From positions 13,250,283-13,314,282 of the forward strand of contig NC_069008.1 of the NCBI RefSeq assembly GCF_001194135.2: DNA of 64,000 bases, given 5' to 3'. The notes beneath the pieces are model-generated. The model did not search any database. It saw nothing but the letters and a program-made list of their open reading frames with translations, and had not been told where the DNA came from. The DNA comes from Octopus bimaculoides (Eukaryota). This document shows positions 46,956 to 60,725 of this stretch, piece after piece (position 1 is the stretch's first letter; the number at the start of each line of letters is the position of its first letter). Position numbers and translations under genes: made by a program.

Positions 46956-48859
46956 TCATATATATATATATATATATAATCCAAGAGAGTTAGGGGTTGA
47001 ATATCCAATCCACTAAGGGATAATATCTATCCAATATACTGCTGGGAGGGTACCTAATTACTGTTACACTGGTGTTATACCAAGTGCAATAAGTGGGTGC
47101 GGGTAAAAGGGGGTTATTTTACCCTAAATTTATATAGCAGTAAGAAAATGGAGGGGAATATGAGGTACTCATCAACTTGCAGACCCTGTATTCTGTTGAT
47201 TAATCTGTTTATTTTATAACCAAAATGACAAAAAGGACAATATACAGACACTTATGACATACCATGTCATATCAGCAATTAAGATTTCAAATTTAAAGGA
47301 TATCTAGCAATTGGCCAATTGTGATTTTCAATCTCATGAAGGCGAGCGTGCTGATTAGATCTTTTCTGAGCCTGTATAGTATATGCCCGCTTGATCTCCT
47401 CTGTAAAGGCCAAAGAGGACGGAGGGGAAATTTTCCGAAGGGTATCGAGGATATACGACTCGATGAGGTCGCATTCCTATTGTTTATATTTCAGGAGGTT
47501 CCTGCTAGCCTTCTGGAGCCCACAAGATGGCCAAGTCGATAGCCAATAGTGAAGGGAGATAATTCCCAACTGCTACCTTTGAGTAGTGAAACATTTGCCC
47601 CTCCATATTTTTAAGAGGTCATGGGCCAACAGGTTTTGGGATCTGACGATACGCCATAAAGCTAAAACCCTTTATGGACGGAAACCTAAGGTAATCCCAT
47701 NNNNNNNNNNNNNNNNNNNNNNNNNNNNNNNNNNNNNNNNNNNNNNNNNNNNNNNNNNNNNNNNNNNNNNNNNNNNNNNNNNNNNNNNNNNNNNNNNNNN
47801 NNNNNNNNNNNNNNNNNNNNNNNNNNNNNNNNNNNNNNNNNNNNNNNNNNNNNNNNNNNNNNNNNNNNNNNNNNNNNNNNNNNNNNNNNNNNNNNNNNNN
47901 NNNNNNNNNNNNNNNNNNNNNNNNNNNNNNNNNNNNNNNNNNNNNNNNNNNNNNNNNNNNNNNNNNNNNNNNNNNNNNNNNNNNNNNNNNNNNNNNNNNN
48001 NNNNNNNNNNNNNNNNNNNNNNNNNNNNNNNNNNNNNNNNNNNNNNNNNNNNNNNNNNNNNNNNNNNNNNNNNNNNNNNNNNNNNNNNNNNNNNNNNNNN
48101 NNNNNNNNNNNNNNNNNNNNNNNNNNNNNNNNNNNNNNNNNNNNNNNNNNNNNNNNNNNNNNNNNNNNNNNNNNNNNNNNNNNNNNNNNNNNNNNNNNNN
48201 NNNNNNNNNNNNNNNNNNNNNNNNNNNNNNNNNNNNNNNNNNNNNNNNNNNNNNNNNNNNNNNNNNNNNNNNNNNNNNNNNNNNNNNNNNNNNNNNNNNN
48301 NNNNNNNNNNNNNNNNNNNNNNNNNNNNNNNNNNNNNNNNNNNNNNNNNNNNNNNNNNNNNNNNNNNNNNNNNNNNNNNNNNNNNNNNNNNNNNNNNNNN
48401 NNNNNNNNNNNNNNNNNNNNNNNNNNNNNNNNNNNNNNNNNNNNNNNNNNNNNNNNNNNNNNNNNNNNNNNNNNNNNNNNNNNNNNNNNNNNNNNNNNNN
48501 NNNNNNNNNNNNNNNNNNNNNNNNNNNNNNNNNNNNNNNNNNNNNNNNNNNNNNNNNNNNNNNNNNNNNNNNNNNNNNNNNNNNNNNNNNNNNNNNNNNN
48601 NNNNNNNNNNNNNNNNNNNNNNNNNNNNNNNNNNNNNNNNNNNNNNNNNNNNNNNNNNNNNNNNNNNNNNNNNNNNNNNNNNNATATGGGAGGATGTACG
48701 AAAAAAACAACAACAGACGAGGACAGGTGGTGTAAACAACAAGGATGTATTAGTATGACGCTCGGGAATACGGAAAGTCTTTAACGGTTCGAGCTACGCT
48801 CTTCAACAGAAAGAATACGGAGACAAGGAGAATATTTAAAAAAATTTAGGACTAAACAT

Positions 48860-49600
48860 TACTATAGGTAAAGATTATCGTAGAGTGAATTTTCTTGATA
48901 CAACCTTCTGTCTTGATTCTGGATTACTTGAACCATTTCATAAACCGAATGATCATATTAATTACATTAATGTAGCATCTAACCATCCACCCTCGATTAT
49001 ACGGGGACCAGTTAAGAATATTTCTACAAGAATCACTAGATTATCCGCTAATAATAAAATTTTCGTATCCCATACAGCTTATTATAATACTGCTCTAGCT
49101 AGGGCTGGGTACCGTGAAAAAATTCAATATATACAAGAAGCAGGCATACACAACACTAGTAATTCCTCCAACTGCACATTGTATACCTCTACAACGTTAC
49201 GGTTTGAGAACTCACTCAGATAAAGAATACAGGCCAGAAAGAATTGGTCACATCAATGACCTACCAACGAAAACTCATTGACACACGTGACATAATAATT
49301 CAATTGCTTGATCCAATCCTGTACAACACACTCGATCAAATAAGCCTAACAACAGATATAGGAATCAGGATGTCCTCTGGTTCAACCCAATTTTCGGTTT
49401 GCATGTTTAAACCAGGATCGCTGGAAAATTTTTTGCTGCTTTGGACAAGTGTTTTCCTAAATCCAATCTGTATCATGCTAATTTTAATCGACATACCATG
49501 AAGATATCCTACGCCGACTCTGCTAATTTAGATCGGCTTATGCATCGCATAAACAATAGCAAAATGCAGCAAAGGTTCAATAACCCACCTACTGGATCTA
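48860..49600 (+). mobile_element. Penelope-like RT C-terminal remnant (possibly Naiad-type)
   Basis: VNFLDTTFCL, PFHKPND, YINVASNHPPSII, LWFNP, LDKCFPK, FNRHTMKISY motifs with stops and frameshifts. Confidence 0.7.
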
Positions 49601-50164
49601 GTGAACAACCAGGGAGATGTAAACCGCAATGATAAACACCAACTACGATCAATTTGCAGCAGTAGAAATACTTATGATACAGCTAACACGGGTAACAACG
49701 CCGGTTAACGGAGTCGGGACTGCCTTATATATATAAATAAATATGATAAATGCTCATGAAGAGAAAAATCAAAATGTCGTTTGATGAATCTCTGTATAAG
49801 TACAAGTGTGTGTGTGTGTGTGTGTGTGTGTGNNNNNNNNNNNNNNNNNNNNNNNNNNNNNNNNNNNNNNNNNNNNNNNNNNNNNNNNNNNNNNNNNNNN
49901 NNNNNNNNNNNNNNNNNNNNNNNNNNNNNNNNNNNNNNNNNNNNNNNNNNNNNNNNNNNNNNNNNNNNNNNNNNNNNNNNNNNNNNNNNNNNNNNNNNNN
50001 NNNNNNNNNNNNNNNNNNNNNNNNNNNNNNNNNNNNNNNNNNNNNNNNNNNNNNNNNNNNNNNNNNNNNNNNNNNNNNNNNNNNNNNNNNNNNNNNNNNN
50101 NNNNNNNNNNNNNNNNNNNNNNNNNNNNNNNNNNNNNNNNNNNNNNNNNNNNNNNNNNNNNNNN

Positions 50165-50830
50165 TTCATTCTTTCGGGGTCGATAAAATAAGTATCCATT
50201 GAACAGTGAGATCGATTTTGCCCTTTCCCCAAAAACCGCTGGCCTTGAGCCAAAATTTGAAACCAACATTAAGGAGTTGGCAGAGAAAGTGACTAGCAGC
50301 ATTTCTTGCGATTTTTTAAGGTTTTGAGTTCAAGTTTCCCCAGGGCCAACTTTGCCGTACATCCTTTTGGGGTCAATAAAATAAAATACGAGCAACTATT
50401 CGAGTCGATACAACCGACTAACTCACTTTCCACAACATTTCAGGACTTGTGTCTATAGTAGAAAGAAAGAAGGGCTATCAGAATCGAAAGCGCGACGGAC
50501 AAAATGCATCGCGGCATTTCTTTCGGTTGCTTACGTGGTGCGTTCAAATCCCGCCGAAGTAAACTTTGTCTTTTATCCTTTGTGGTGTCAATAAACTAAA
50601 GTACTCACTAAATACTGGGGTTGATGTATTCATCTACCGCCTTTCCTCCAAAATTGCTGGCCTTGTGAGTAAAGCGTCGGACTAAATGCTCAGCAACATT
50701 TCATCCGTCTTAACATTCTGAATTCAAATTCCGCCGAGGTCGACTTAGCCTTTCATCCTTTCTAGGTTAATGAAATAAGGACCAGTTGCACACTGGGGCC
50801 GATGTAATAGACCATTCCCTCAAATTTCAG
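50165..50830 (+). mobile_element. Nest of degenerate family B SINEs
   Basis: At least four repeats of TTTGCC...CATCCTTT...GGGTC(G/A)ATAAA. Confidence 0.6.
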
Positions 50831-50847
50831 GACATGAGCCTATATTA

Positions 50848-51097
50848 TTGGGTTGGTGCATAATTATTGCGGCTTTTTTTCAACAAATTTTATTCAATAA
50901 AAACAATAACAACATGTAACAAAAACATCTTTAAATGATTATTCCGGAGCATATTCACCATCTACTTCAATTACTGTTTCCCATTTTCTTGGCAGACGGT
51001 CAGACCGTCATTTAAAGATGTTTTTGTTAAATATTTTTATTGCTTTTGTTAAATAAAATTTGTTGAAAAAAGCTGCAATAATTATGCACCAACCCAA
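50848..51097. mobile_element. Mariner MITE with long TIRs, partly re-duplicated in tandem (about 51207-51420)
   Basis: TA|TTGGGTTGGTGCATAATTATTGC ... GCAATAATTATGCACCAACCCAA|TA; duplicate includes the flanking GAAAAGAAAATGATTATTTAG. Confidence 0.85.
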
Positions 51098-51747
51098 TAG
51101 AAAAGAAAATGATTATTTAGAATTAATAGAATCATTAGTTCTGAGTTCAAATAGTTCAAATACCGCTGAAGTCAATTTTGCCTTTTATTCTCTCAGGGGC
51201 CGATACCATCTTTAAATGATTATTCCGGAGCATATTCACCATCTACTTCAATTACTGCTTCCCATTTGCTTGGCAGACGGTCAGAGTGTTATTTAAAGAT
51301 GTTTTTGTTAAATATTTTTATTGCTTTTGTTGAATGAAATTTATTGAAAAAAGCTGCAATAATTATGCACCAACCCAATAGAAAAGAAAATGATTATTTA
51401 GAATTAATAGAATCATTAGTGCGTCGGACAAAAATACATAACGGCATTCCTCCCGGTTCTTGCGTTATGAGTTCAAATACCGCTGAAGTCGATTTTGCCT
51501 TTTATTCTCTCAGGGGTCGATAAAATAAAGTACCAGTGAAATACTTGGGAGGTCAATGCAATCAATTAGATGCTTCTTTCAAAATTAGGGACCCCGTGTT
51601 AAGTCGGAGAGAATCATTGGAAAGTCGATAGCCTAAGAACAATAACTCATGACCAGAAGAGTTATTTCCCTGGAATCGAGTGCCGGAAATCAGAGAAATA
51701 ACTATATGACGCGTTCAGTGCAGGAAAAGGGAATCTTTATCCTTCAT

Positions 51748-52555
51748 CTTTACTTGTTTCAGTCATTTGACTGCGGCCATGCTGGAGCACCGCCTTTTAG
51801 TCGAGCAAATCGACCCTAGGACTTATTCTTTGGAAGCCTAGTACTTACTCTATCGGGATCTATTTTGCCGAACCGCTAAGTTACGGGGACGTGAACACAC
51901 CAGCATCGGTTGTCAAGCGATGTTGGGGGGGGGGGCAAACACAGACAGACAAACACACACAGACACACAAACACACACATACACACATATATATATATAT
52001 ACATATATACGACAGNNNNNNNNNNNNNNNNNNNNNNNNNNNNNNNNNNNNNNNNNNNNNNNNNNNNNNNNNNNNNNNNNNNNNNNNNNNNNNNNNNNNN
52101 NNNNNNNNNNNNNNNNNNNNNNNNNNNNNNNNNNNNNNNNNNNNNNNNNNNNNNNNNNNNNNNNNNNNNNNNNNNNNNNNNNNNNNNNNNNNNNNNNNNN
52201 NNNACTATAGCCTTGAGTAAACCAGATCTTTGTGAGAGGATTTGGTTGACGGCGTCTGAAAGAAGCCCGTGATATATTTATGTATGTATGTTATCAATCA
52301 GTTTCATTTCTGTATTTCTTGTCCATAGAGAAAGAGCCGGACTCTATGTATGTATGTATGTATGTATGTATGTATGTATGTATGTCAATCATAAGACTGC
52401 GGCCATGCTGGGGCACCGCCTTGGAGAATTGTTAGTCGAATGAATTGGCCCCAGTACTTATTTTTTAAAGTCTGGTACATATTCAGTCGGTCTTTCGTCG
52501 AACCACTAGGTTAGAGAAACGTAAACGCACCTACAGCGGTTGTCAAGCGGTGGTG

Positions 52556-52589
<34 letters not shown>

Positions 52590-52745
52590 CGGGCTTCTTT
52601 CAGTTTCCGTCTACCAAATACACTCACAAAGCTTTGGTCGGCCAGAGGCTATAATAGAAAACACTCGCCCTACGTACCACGCAGTGGGTTTGAATCCTGA
52701 ACCTTGTAGTTGGCAAGCAAGCTTCTTACCACACAGTCACGTCTG
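51748..52745 (-). mobile_element. Two family A SINEs (about 51748-52270 and 52395-52745)
   Basis: Diagnostic tails and heads as in the 26303 copy. Confidence 0.75.
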
Positions 52746-52767
52746 CGCCTTATATATATATATATAT

Positions 52768-53380
52768 ACAAGGAGAAGTCAAAAATTATCTGCACTTTCG
52801 CCATAACACATCTTTATTATTGTTACATTGCTTTCTGCGCATGCGTGCTTATAGTTGGTACTATTGTCCTCACGTTTGAGCCTGATCGCGCCATTTTTCT
52901 TTCTGGCTTTACAGTGTAAGTGTGGCCGCTCCACTAGCAATGTGCACCAAAGAAGAACAAAGAGTAGTGACCCGATTTCTCTGGAAAATGGGTGTACGAT
53001 CAACAGTGTAAGATACAATGCTTTGCTGGCCAACAAACTGAAGCCAGTAATTCGCACCAAACACCGAAGCCTATTGTCGAAGAAAGTTTTGTTGTTGCAT
53101 GACAATGCACGCATGCACACGGCTGCCAAGACCGTTGAAACCACTTGGATTTTCAGGTTCTGGAACACTCTGCCTACAGCCCAGATCTCGCCCCCTTCCG
53201 ACTATCATATCTTTGGACCGCTCAAAGGTGGTTTACGAAGTCCTCGATTTCCTACGGATGAAGATGTAAAGGAAGCGGTGCATGACTAACCGAAAACCTT
53301 CTTCTTGGAGGGAATACGCGGGCTTGTGGACTGCTGGACGAAGTGAATCGAAAAGGAAAGAGGCTATATAGAAAAACGCT
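52768..53380 (+). mobile_element. Internally deleted mariner
   Basis: LLLHDNARMHTAAKT, PSDYHIFGPLKGGL, DEDVKEAVH motifs. Confidence 0.8.
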
Positions 53381-53830
53381 AACCAACCAATCAGGTGTTT
53401 TCGTAGGATCTCTCATGATTTCATTGAATAACTGGACTAACTTTTCGTGTGTGCACGGGAGTGAGGCGAACCAGAAACTTGGCACCTTATCATTACCAGG
53501 GGATTCCTACTTATGAGCCTTCGTGGTGTCATTCTTAGGTCTGCTATTGTGATGTCTTGTTCTGGTAAGTTTTGGTAGGATCCTTCTGTACGTCGAATCC
53601 AGTCTGCATTTTCATTGTGAGTCCTTGCATCACTCCAGATATTTTTCCAAAAGTTTTCAACTTCTTCCATGGCAGCGGGTGGTATGTCTTCAACGGTTAT
53701 TTTCTCCTTCCCTATTTCTCTGTAGAATGTTTTCGCATTGGATGTGAACAGTTTATTTTGTTTGTTTGTTAAATTTGTTTCTTTCCTCAAATTTTCGTAT
53801 TCTTTGACATTTTGCTGCAGTGTTTATTTT
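53381..53830 (-). mobile_element. R4/Dong-like LINE pre-RT fragment
   Basis: QNKLFTSNAKTFYREIG, EEVENFWKNIWS, TPDWL. Confidence 0.7.
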
Positions 53831-54439
53831 GCTGAAAACCGTTCTTCTCTTGGTGAGAATCTATGGTTTTTCTTCATCTTTCTTCCTTTTCTGGTTTCCA
53901 CAGACTAGTTCATTTAATATTGTTATTCCAACTCTCATTATTTCAATCTTCTTCTTCTTCTTCTTCTTCTTCTTCTTCNNNNNNNNNNNNNNNNNNNNNN
54001 NNNNNNNNNNNNNNNNNNNNNNNNNNNNNNNNNNNNNNNNNNNNNNNNNNNNNNNNNNNNNNNNNNNNNNNNNNNNNNNNNNNNNNNNNNNNNNNNNNNN
54101 NNNNNNNNNNNNNNNNNNNNNNNNNNNNNNNNNNNNNNNNNNNNNNNNNNNNNNNNNNNNNNNNNNNNNNNNNNNNNNNNNNNNNNNNNNNNNNNNNNNN
54201 NNNNNNNNNNNNNNNNNNNNNNNNNNNNNNNNNNNNNNNNNNNNNNNNNNNNNNNNNNNNNNNNNNNNNNNNNNNNNNNNNNNNNNNNNNNNNNNNNNNN
54301 NNNNNNNNNNNNNNNNNNNNNNNNNNNNNNNNNNNNNNNNNNNNNNNNNNNNNNNNNNNNNNNNNNNNNNNNNNNNNNNNNNNNNNNNNNNNNNNNNNNN
54401 NNNNNNNNNNNNNNNNNNNNNNNNNNNNNNNNNNNNNNN

Positions 54440-54960
54440 TAGATCCTGTCAATATTTTTCTTGTTTTCCTGTCTATTTTAGATAGTTCGTTTAGTGTCCG
54501 GTTAAGGATGTTGTAGCTGTAACTTATAACTGGGACGGCTAAAGTGTTAATACCTATTATCTTGTTTTTAGCATTGAGCTCTGTTTTTAGTATTGATCTA
54601 ACTCGTCTATAGTATTCTTTCTTTATTTTCTCTTTCATTTGTGTGTGTTGTATCCAATCTAGTTCATTGATTCCTAAATATTTTTATGGCAGGCTTTCGT
54701 CTAATTCTCTTATTTCATTGGCTTTATCTAGTGTGATGTTGCTACTCTTCACTAGTTTTCCTCTTTTCAGGGTTGCTTTGGCACATTTTTCTAATCCAAA
54801 TTTCATATCTATTTCCTTGGTAAAGCCATGTACTGTCTGTAGTAGTGTTTCCGGCTCTTTATCATTTATAGCGTATAATTTTAGGTCATCCATATATAAA
54901 AGGTGGCTGATTGTTTTGCCGTAACATTTGTATCCGCATCCAGTTCTATTTAGCAAGTCA
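54440..54960 (-). mobile_element. R4/Dong-like LINE RT fragment
   Basis: ISHLLYMDDLKLYA, MKFGLEKCA, KKEYYRRVRSILKTELNAKNKIIGINTLAVPVISYS. Confidence 0.85.
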
Positions 54961-55913
54961 GTTAAAGGTGCGAGTGCCAGTCAGAACAGGAGTGGAGAGA
55001 GCGTGTCTCTCTGGAACTCTTGCAAAGAAATGCAATATATCCCTTTCCACAGTGTCCAGAGCTGTGAACAAGAATCTTAGCATGACGAGCTATGTTCGAT
55101 GACACCGTCACCTCCTAACAGCCAAGACCAAAGCAATCAGAGCCAAAGAGATGCTCAAAGCTTCTGTCATTCAACAAACATCAAGGCATAGGAAAATCTC
55201 ACGTATTTGTGGACGAGAAGAAGTTCACTGTGGACGCTGAGGTGAATCGCAGAAATTCTCGAGAGATTGAATACTACCCTTCTGATTCCGCTCCCCACCG
55301 TGTTTGAGACTAAGAATCCGGCATCTGTGATGGTATTTGGGGCTGTGGTGAGTGATGGAAATGTCATGGATCCACACTTCATTTACTCCGGCTTGAAAAT
55401 TGGCACAAAGGAGTATCTGGACATCCTGAAGAACTCTCTGTTACTTTGGAGGGCGCAGAATTGTGGGCTTGACAATGCAGTGCTTATCCAGGTTTCTACA
55501 CCATGCTATGGGCCAAAAGCAACACAGGCCTTCCTTAGTGAGAAGGTGCTATATTTTGTGAGGGCTAACATCTGGACCACTAATAACCCAGGTCTCAACC
55601 TTCTTGATTACTTTTTACGGGGCGTACTTCAAGCAAGGGCCAGTGCTTCATCACACTCGAGTGTCAACAGTTTGAAGACCTGCTTCGTGCGAACAACATA
55701 CAAAATCAAAACGGTGGAGGTTGCGGCACGTGCAAGACATTTTGTTTCTCGAGAGGACGCTGTAATTGTCCAGAAGGGCGGCCATATTGAGTCATAAATA
55801 TTTTTGTTGTAATAAATGTTACTTTAAAATTATACCTGTCTACTACCATTTAGTAATTATTACCAGTTTTATGCATCGTAAAAATTGTCTCAATTTATCT
55901 GCAAGATCCTGTG
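54961..55913 (+). mobile_element. Tc1/mariner superfamily remnant, maT (DD37D)-like
   Basis: TKNPASVMVFGAV, IWTTNNPGLNLLDYF, KGGHIE; right end AATTTATCTGCAAGATCCTGTG resembles a CAGGGTG-type TIR. Confidence 0.65.
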
Positions 55914-56038
55914 CATACGATGGCAGATTCCATCTACTAAATCCACTCACAAGGCTTTGGCCAAGCTGAAGCTATAGTAGAAGACGCTTGCTCAAGGTGT
56001 CATGCACTGGGATTGAACCCAGAGAAGCAATCTTCTTA

Positions 56039-56122
<84 letters not shown>

Positions 56123-56382
56123 GTATGTATGGATGTATGTATGTATATTTAAGTATGTATCTATATATATATGTATGTATGTATATATATGCATAGGTAA
56201 ACATATGTATATAATATGTATATATGTATATATATGTATATATATGTATATATATGTATATANNNNNNNNNNNNNNNNNNNNNNNNNNNNNNNNNNNNNN
56301 NNNNNNNNNNNNNNNNNNNNNNNNNNNNNNNNNNNNNNNNNNNNNNNNNNNNNNNNNNNNNNATATATATATATATATATAT

Positions 56383-56905
56383 ACAGCCTTGGCCAAAAGT
56401 ATTTGGCCAGCCCAACGTTTTGGGGTTCTGCTATCTCAATGTCAATGAAACTCGGGTGTATCGTAAATCATGGTATATTTCACAGAATACATTAGTTTTA
56501 ATATCTGGTTGACCCTCCTTTATCATCAGTTACCACTTTTATATGGTTAAGCATTGAACCAACTAGTCTCTTGCAGGTGCTAGGCGCAATTTTACTCCAT
56601 TCTTCTCTCAAATGTTGATACAAATGCTCTCTATTTTTAATTCTTGTGTTCCTGATGGATTCACCAAAAGTTTTCCATGGGTGTTCGATCGGATTTAGAT
56701 TGGAACTTTGGGCTAGCCAGTCCATGGGTACAATACCCCGTGTCTCAAACCATTGACGACTACTCTTTGCAGTTTGACATGAAGCGTTGTCTTGCTGGAA
56801 GATAACACTGTTTTTCGACACTCCTGGATGCAATTTAGCAGTTGATGGCTCTAAAACATCCGGTAACATAGAAAGAAACGTAGCTGAATTCATCCTTCCT
56901 TGACA
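56383..56905 (-). mobile_element. Tc1 transposase 3' fragment with TIR
   Basis: VIFQQDNASCQTAK, WLAQSSNLNPIEHPW, KGGSTRY; TA|CAGCCTTGGCCAAAAGTATTTG end. Confidence 0.8.
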
Positions 56906-57310
56906 TAAAAACATATATCTCGACGTTGCAAAAGCCTTTGACAAAGTCGACCATGATATGATTTGTCACAAGCTGCGTGAAAACTTTCTAAAACACAGAA
57001 GTCAGGTACTGGTGGCCAATGGGGTCACCTCCGAGGAAACACAAATATTGAGTGGTGTTCTACAGGGCACAGTGCTGGGGGCCACTGCTATTCATAGTGG
57101 CCCTCTCTGATGTGACCTCAGGTGCTCAAGTAGCCGCTCTTGCTATATATGCAGACGATAAAAAAGTCTCTCAGAAGATACAGAACCCTGGAGATGTTGC
57201 GCATCTACAACGTGAGTTGGACGCAATATACAGGTGGGCTGAGGAAAATAACATGCTGTTTAATGTTGGAAAATTCCAAGCCTTCCGGAACCAACATATG
57301 AAGCTCAATG
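56906..57310 (+). mobile_element. CR1/L2-group LINE RT fragment
   Basis: YLDVAKAFDKVDH, SGVLQG..LGPLLF, IYADDKKV, LQRELDAIYRWAEENNMLFNVGK. Confidence 0.8.
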
Positions 57311-57795
57311 AATAGGATACACTGGCCCAGAACTGAAACTTATAGGTAAAAAAAAAAATACGCATATGTATGTATGCATGTATATGTTTGGGTGCGTGCG
57401 TTTATGTTTGTTCCATCGAACTTCTTGAAAACCGGTGTTGGTTTGTTAACTTCCTCGTAACTAAGCGGCACGGCGAAAGCGACCGATAGGATGAGGACCG
57501 GACTCTGATAAAAAAAGAAAGAAATAAACTAGAGTCAGTTTGTTCGACGAAACCATTCAAAGCTGTGCCCCAGCATGGCCGCGGTCTAATGACTGACACA
57601 AGTGTAAAGGTACAAGATGTAGTATAAACGGCTCTGTGTGTGCATATGTACGTGTGGGTTTGTGTGTTTAATTAGTGAACTAAATACCACCCAAGTATTT
57701 GGATAGAAGAATTCTATAGAAGCATTTATAAAGCGAGACCACCCAGGGATATCCTTGAAACCCGGTGAGTACTTAAACTATTATCATCATTCAGA

Positions 57796-57856
<61 letters not shown>

Positions 57857-60247
57857 NNNNNNNNNNNNNNNNNNNNNNNNNNNNNNNNNNNNNNNNNNNN
57901 NNNNNNNNNNNNNNNNNNNNNNNNNNNNNNNNNNNNNNNNNNNNNNNNNNNNNNNNNNNNNNNNNNNNNNNNNNNNNNNNNNNNNNNNNNNNNNNNNNNN
58001 NNNNNNNNNNNNNNNNNNNNNNNNNNNNNNNNNNNNNNNNNNNNNNNNNNNNNNNNNNNNNNNNNNNNNNNNNNNNNNNNNNNNNNNNNNNNNNNNNNNN
58101 NNNNNNNNNNNNNNNNNNNNNNNNNNNNNNNNNNNNNNNNNNNNNNNNNNNNNNNNNNNNNNNNNNNNNNNNNNNNNNNNNNNNNNNNNNNNNNNNNNNN
58201 NNNNNNNNNNNNNNNNNNNNNNNNNNNNNNNNNNNNNNNNNNNNNNNNNNNNNNNNNNNNNNNNNNNNNNNNNNNNNNNNNNNNNNNNNNNNNNNNNNNN
58301 NNNNNNNNNNNNNNNNNNNNNNNNNNNNNNNNNNNNNNNNNNNNNNNNNNNNNNNNNNNNNNNNNNNNNNNNNNNNNNNNNNNNNNNNNNNNNNNNNNNN
58401 NNNNNNNNNNNNNNNNNNNNNNNNNNNNNNNNNNNNNNNNNNNNNNNNNNNNNNNNNNNNNNNNNNNNNNNNNNNNNNNNNNNNNNNNNNNNNNNNNNNN
58501 NNNNNNNNNNNNNNNNNNNNNNNNNNNNNNNNNNNNNNNNNNNNNNNNNNNNNNNNNNNNNNNNNNNNNNNNNNNNNNNNNNNNNNNNNNNNNNNNNNNN
58601 NNNNNNNNNNNNNNNNNNNNNNNNNNNNNNNNNNNNNNNNNNNNNNNNNNNNNNNNNNNNNNNNNNNNNNNNNNNNNNNNNNNNNNNNNNNNNNNNNNNN
58701 NNNNNNNNNNNNNNNNNNNNNNNNNNNNNNNNNNNNNNNNNNNNNNNNNNNNNNNNNNNNNNNNNNNNNNNNNNNNNNNNNATATATATATATATATACT
58801 CACTTTATTAAAAAGCAACAAAAATATCACAAAACCTGTTACTCAGTTTTACGTTCGCGTTCGTCGGATAGTTTTATATATATATATATATATATATATA
58901 ATTCTATTTACTTACCCTATCTTACCGCCAACCAGCCTGTAAACCTCTCGCCTGTACACATAAAAGTACAAATCAGAATAATACAATTCAGTCTGTTATA
59001 ATAAATTCATAGACATCCATTGGTATATATTTTTGGGTCTTTCTGGAGATATTATGGTCAGAAGCGTGAACTTCATAATTAATTAAGTCACTGTGTATGA
59101 TTGAAACAGGTGTAATGGATAATGTTCGATTCGTCGTTGATAATAAACTCTTATTAACTTATGGCCTAATTATTCAAGAAGGAAAGTGTAACACGATTAG
59201 ACAGAGCGAAAATCGGGCTTTAAAATGATATTTAAAGTCAAAGTAGTTTAACGAAAATTAATTTGAAAATACATCATTTAAAACCAAAATTAAAAATTCC
59301 GCAAAAACTTTCTTGACAACCTAATATATATATATATATATATATATATCATTGATGAAGGGTCGTTCTCCATGTTACTTGTTTTCCATTTTTTATGTCG
59401 TTGTTTGCATATTTAACTCGTTTGTTTTCGTACTTCATGTTGTTTACACATTTGGTGAAGTCCTGTACTCGTATATGCATATATANNNNNNNNNNNNNNN
59501 NNNNNNNNNNNNNNNNNNNNNNNNNNNNNNNNNNNNNNNNNNNNNNNNNNNNNNNNNNNNNNNNNNNNNNNNNNNNNNNNNNNNNNNNNNNNNNNNNNTA
59601 TATATAACTCTGCAATAACAGTGCTTACCTACTAACCTGCCTTTCTCACCTCGCTTCCTAAATACCAATAGATCTGCAGGGTTATTTTAAATGTATTTCA
59701 TTAATCATCAATTTAGCAACCACGAAAGCTTAAAAGGCAAAATCGAATTCGGTGCGTTTTGAACTTGGAGCACAACAAAACGTTAGAAGACATATTAAAT
59801 ATTTTGTCGGACGCTCGAGTGATCCGTCGAAATAGCTTCGTTGCTACTTAAGCATTTCGTGAGCTGATCCTAATTCTTGTTTACTGGATTACGAAACTCA
59901 GAAAGCGTCCGTTGTTTTGTTTCCGCCTGGTGAGAAATTGCTGATTAGGTCTCAGAATGAGCCATATCTTTTATCATTTAATCGCTTCGGTCGTTAGACT
60001 GTGGCTATGGTGGGGCACAACCTTCAACGATTCAGTTAAACAAAATCGCCCCACCCCTGTCAGAGCTTAACATTCTTAAAGCTAGTAGTATACTAATGGT
60101 ATCTTAAGGGGACGGAAACAAACCAGCAGAGATTGTTGTGCGGTTGTGATCGACAAAGACACATGCAAGCATGAACGAGGTCGAGCGTCTACACAGTTTC
60201 CGCACACGAAAGGCACTCGCGACTATAAAAGTAAATGATTTCAGAAA

Positions 60248-60329
60248 TGGCAGCGATGAGGTTCGAACCCGCGTCTCCGTAGAGGCTGGTGTCTAAAACC
60301 AACACTTTATAGCACTCAGCCACCTTATA
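60248..60329 (-). pseudogene. tRNA-Leu(TAG) pseudogene
   Basis: Minus strand has TTTAGAC anticodon loop, long variable arm CCTCTACGGAG, GGTTCGAACC T arm and 3' CGCTGCCA; 5' acceptor strand and D arm degraded. Confidence 0.7.
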
Positions 60330-60359
60330 CAACCGTGTATATGTATGTATATATATGTG

Positions 60360-60725
60360 TGTGTTTGCTTCCCAAACACATGGTTCGGGTTCAGTCCCAC
60401 TGCGTGACACCTTGGGCAACTGTCTTCTACTATAGCTGTCTTCTACACACACACACATACACACACACACACACACACATATATGTATATATATATGTGA
60501 GTGTGTGTGTGTGTGTATTTATTTGTTATTTCTGTCCGTGTTTGTCCCCCAACCATCGCTTGACAACCAATGTTGGTGTGTTTACGTCCTCGTCACCTTG
60601 CGGTACGGCAAAAAGAGAACGATAGAAAAAGTACTAGGCTTACAAGGAATAGGTCCTGGGGTCGATTTGTTCGACTAAAGGTGGTGCTCCAGCACGGTCG
60701 CAGTCAGATGACTGAAACAGGTAAT
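60360..60725 (+). mobile_element. Family A SINE, partly deleted
   Basis: GGTTCAGTCCCACTGCGTGACACCTTGGGCAAC...GACTGAAACAG. Confidence 0.75.

Noticed and set aside
47290-47700. Coding-looking minus-strand sequence next to a gap
   Set aside because: Stops in all frames and no recognisable motif; possibly a retroelement relic but unassignable.
60248-60329. Functional tRNA-Leu gene
   Set aside because: The 5' acceptor strand cannot pair with CGCTGCC and the D arm is degraded, so it is treated as a pseudogene.
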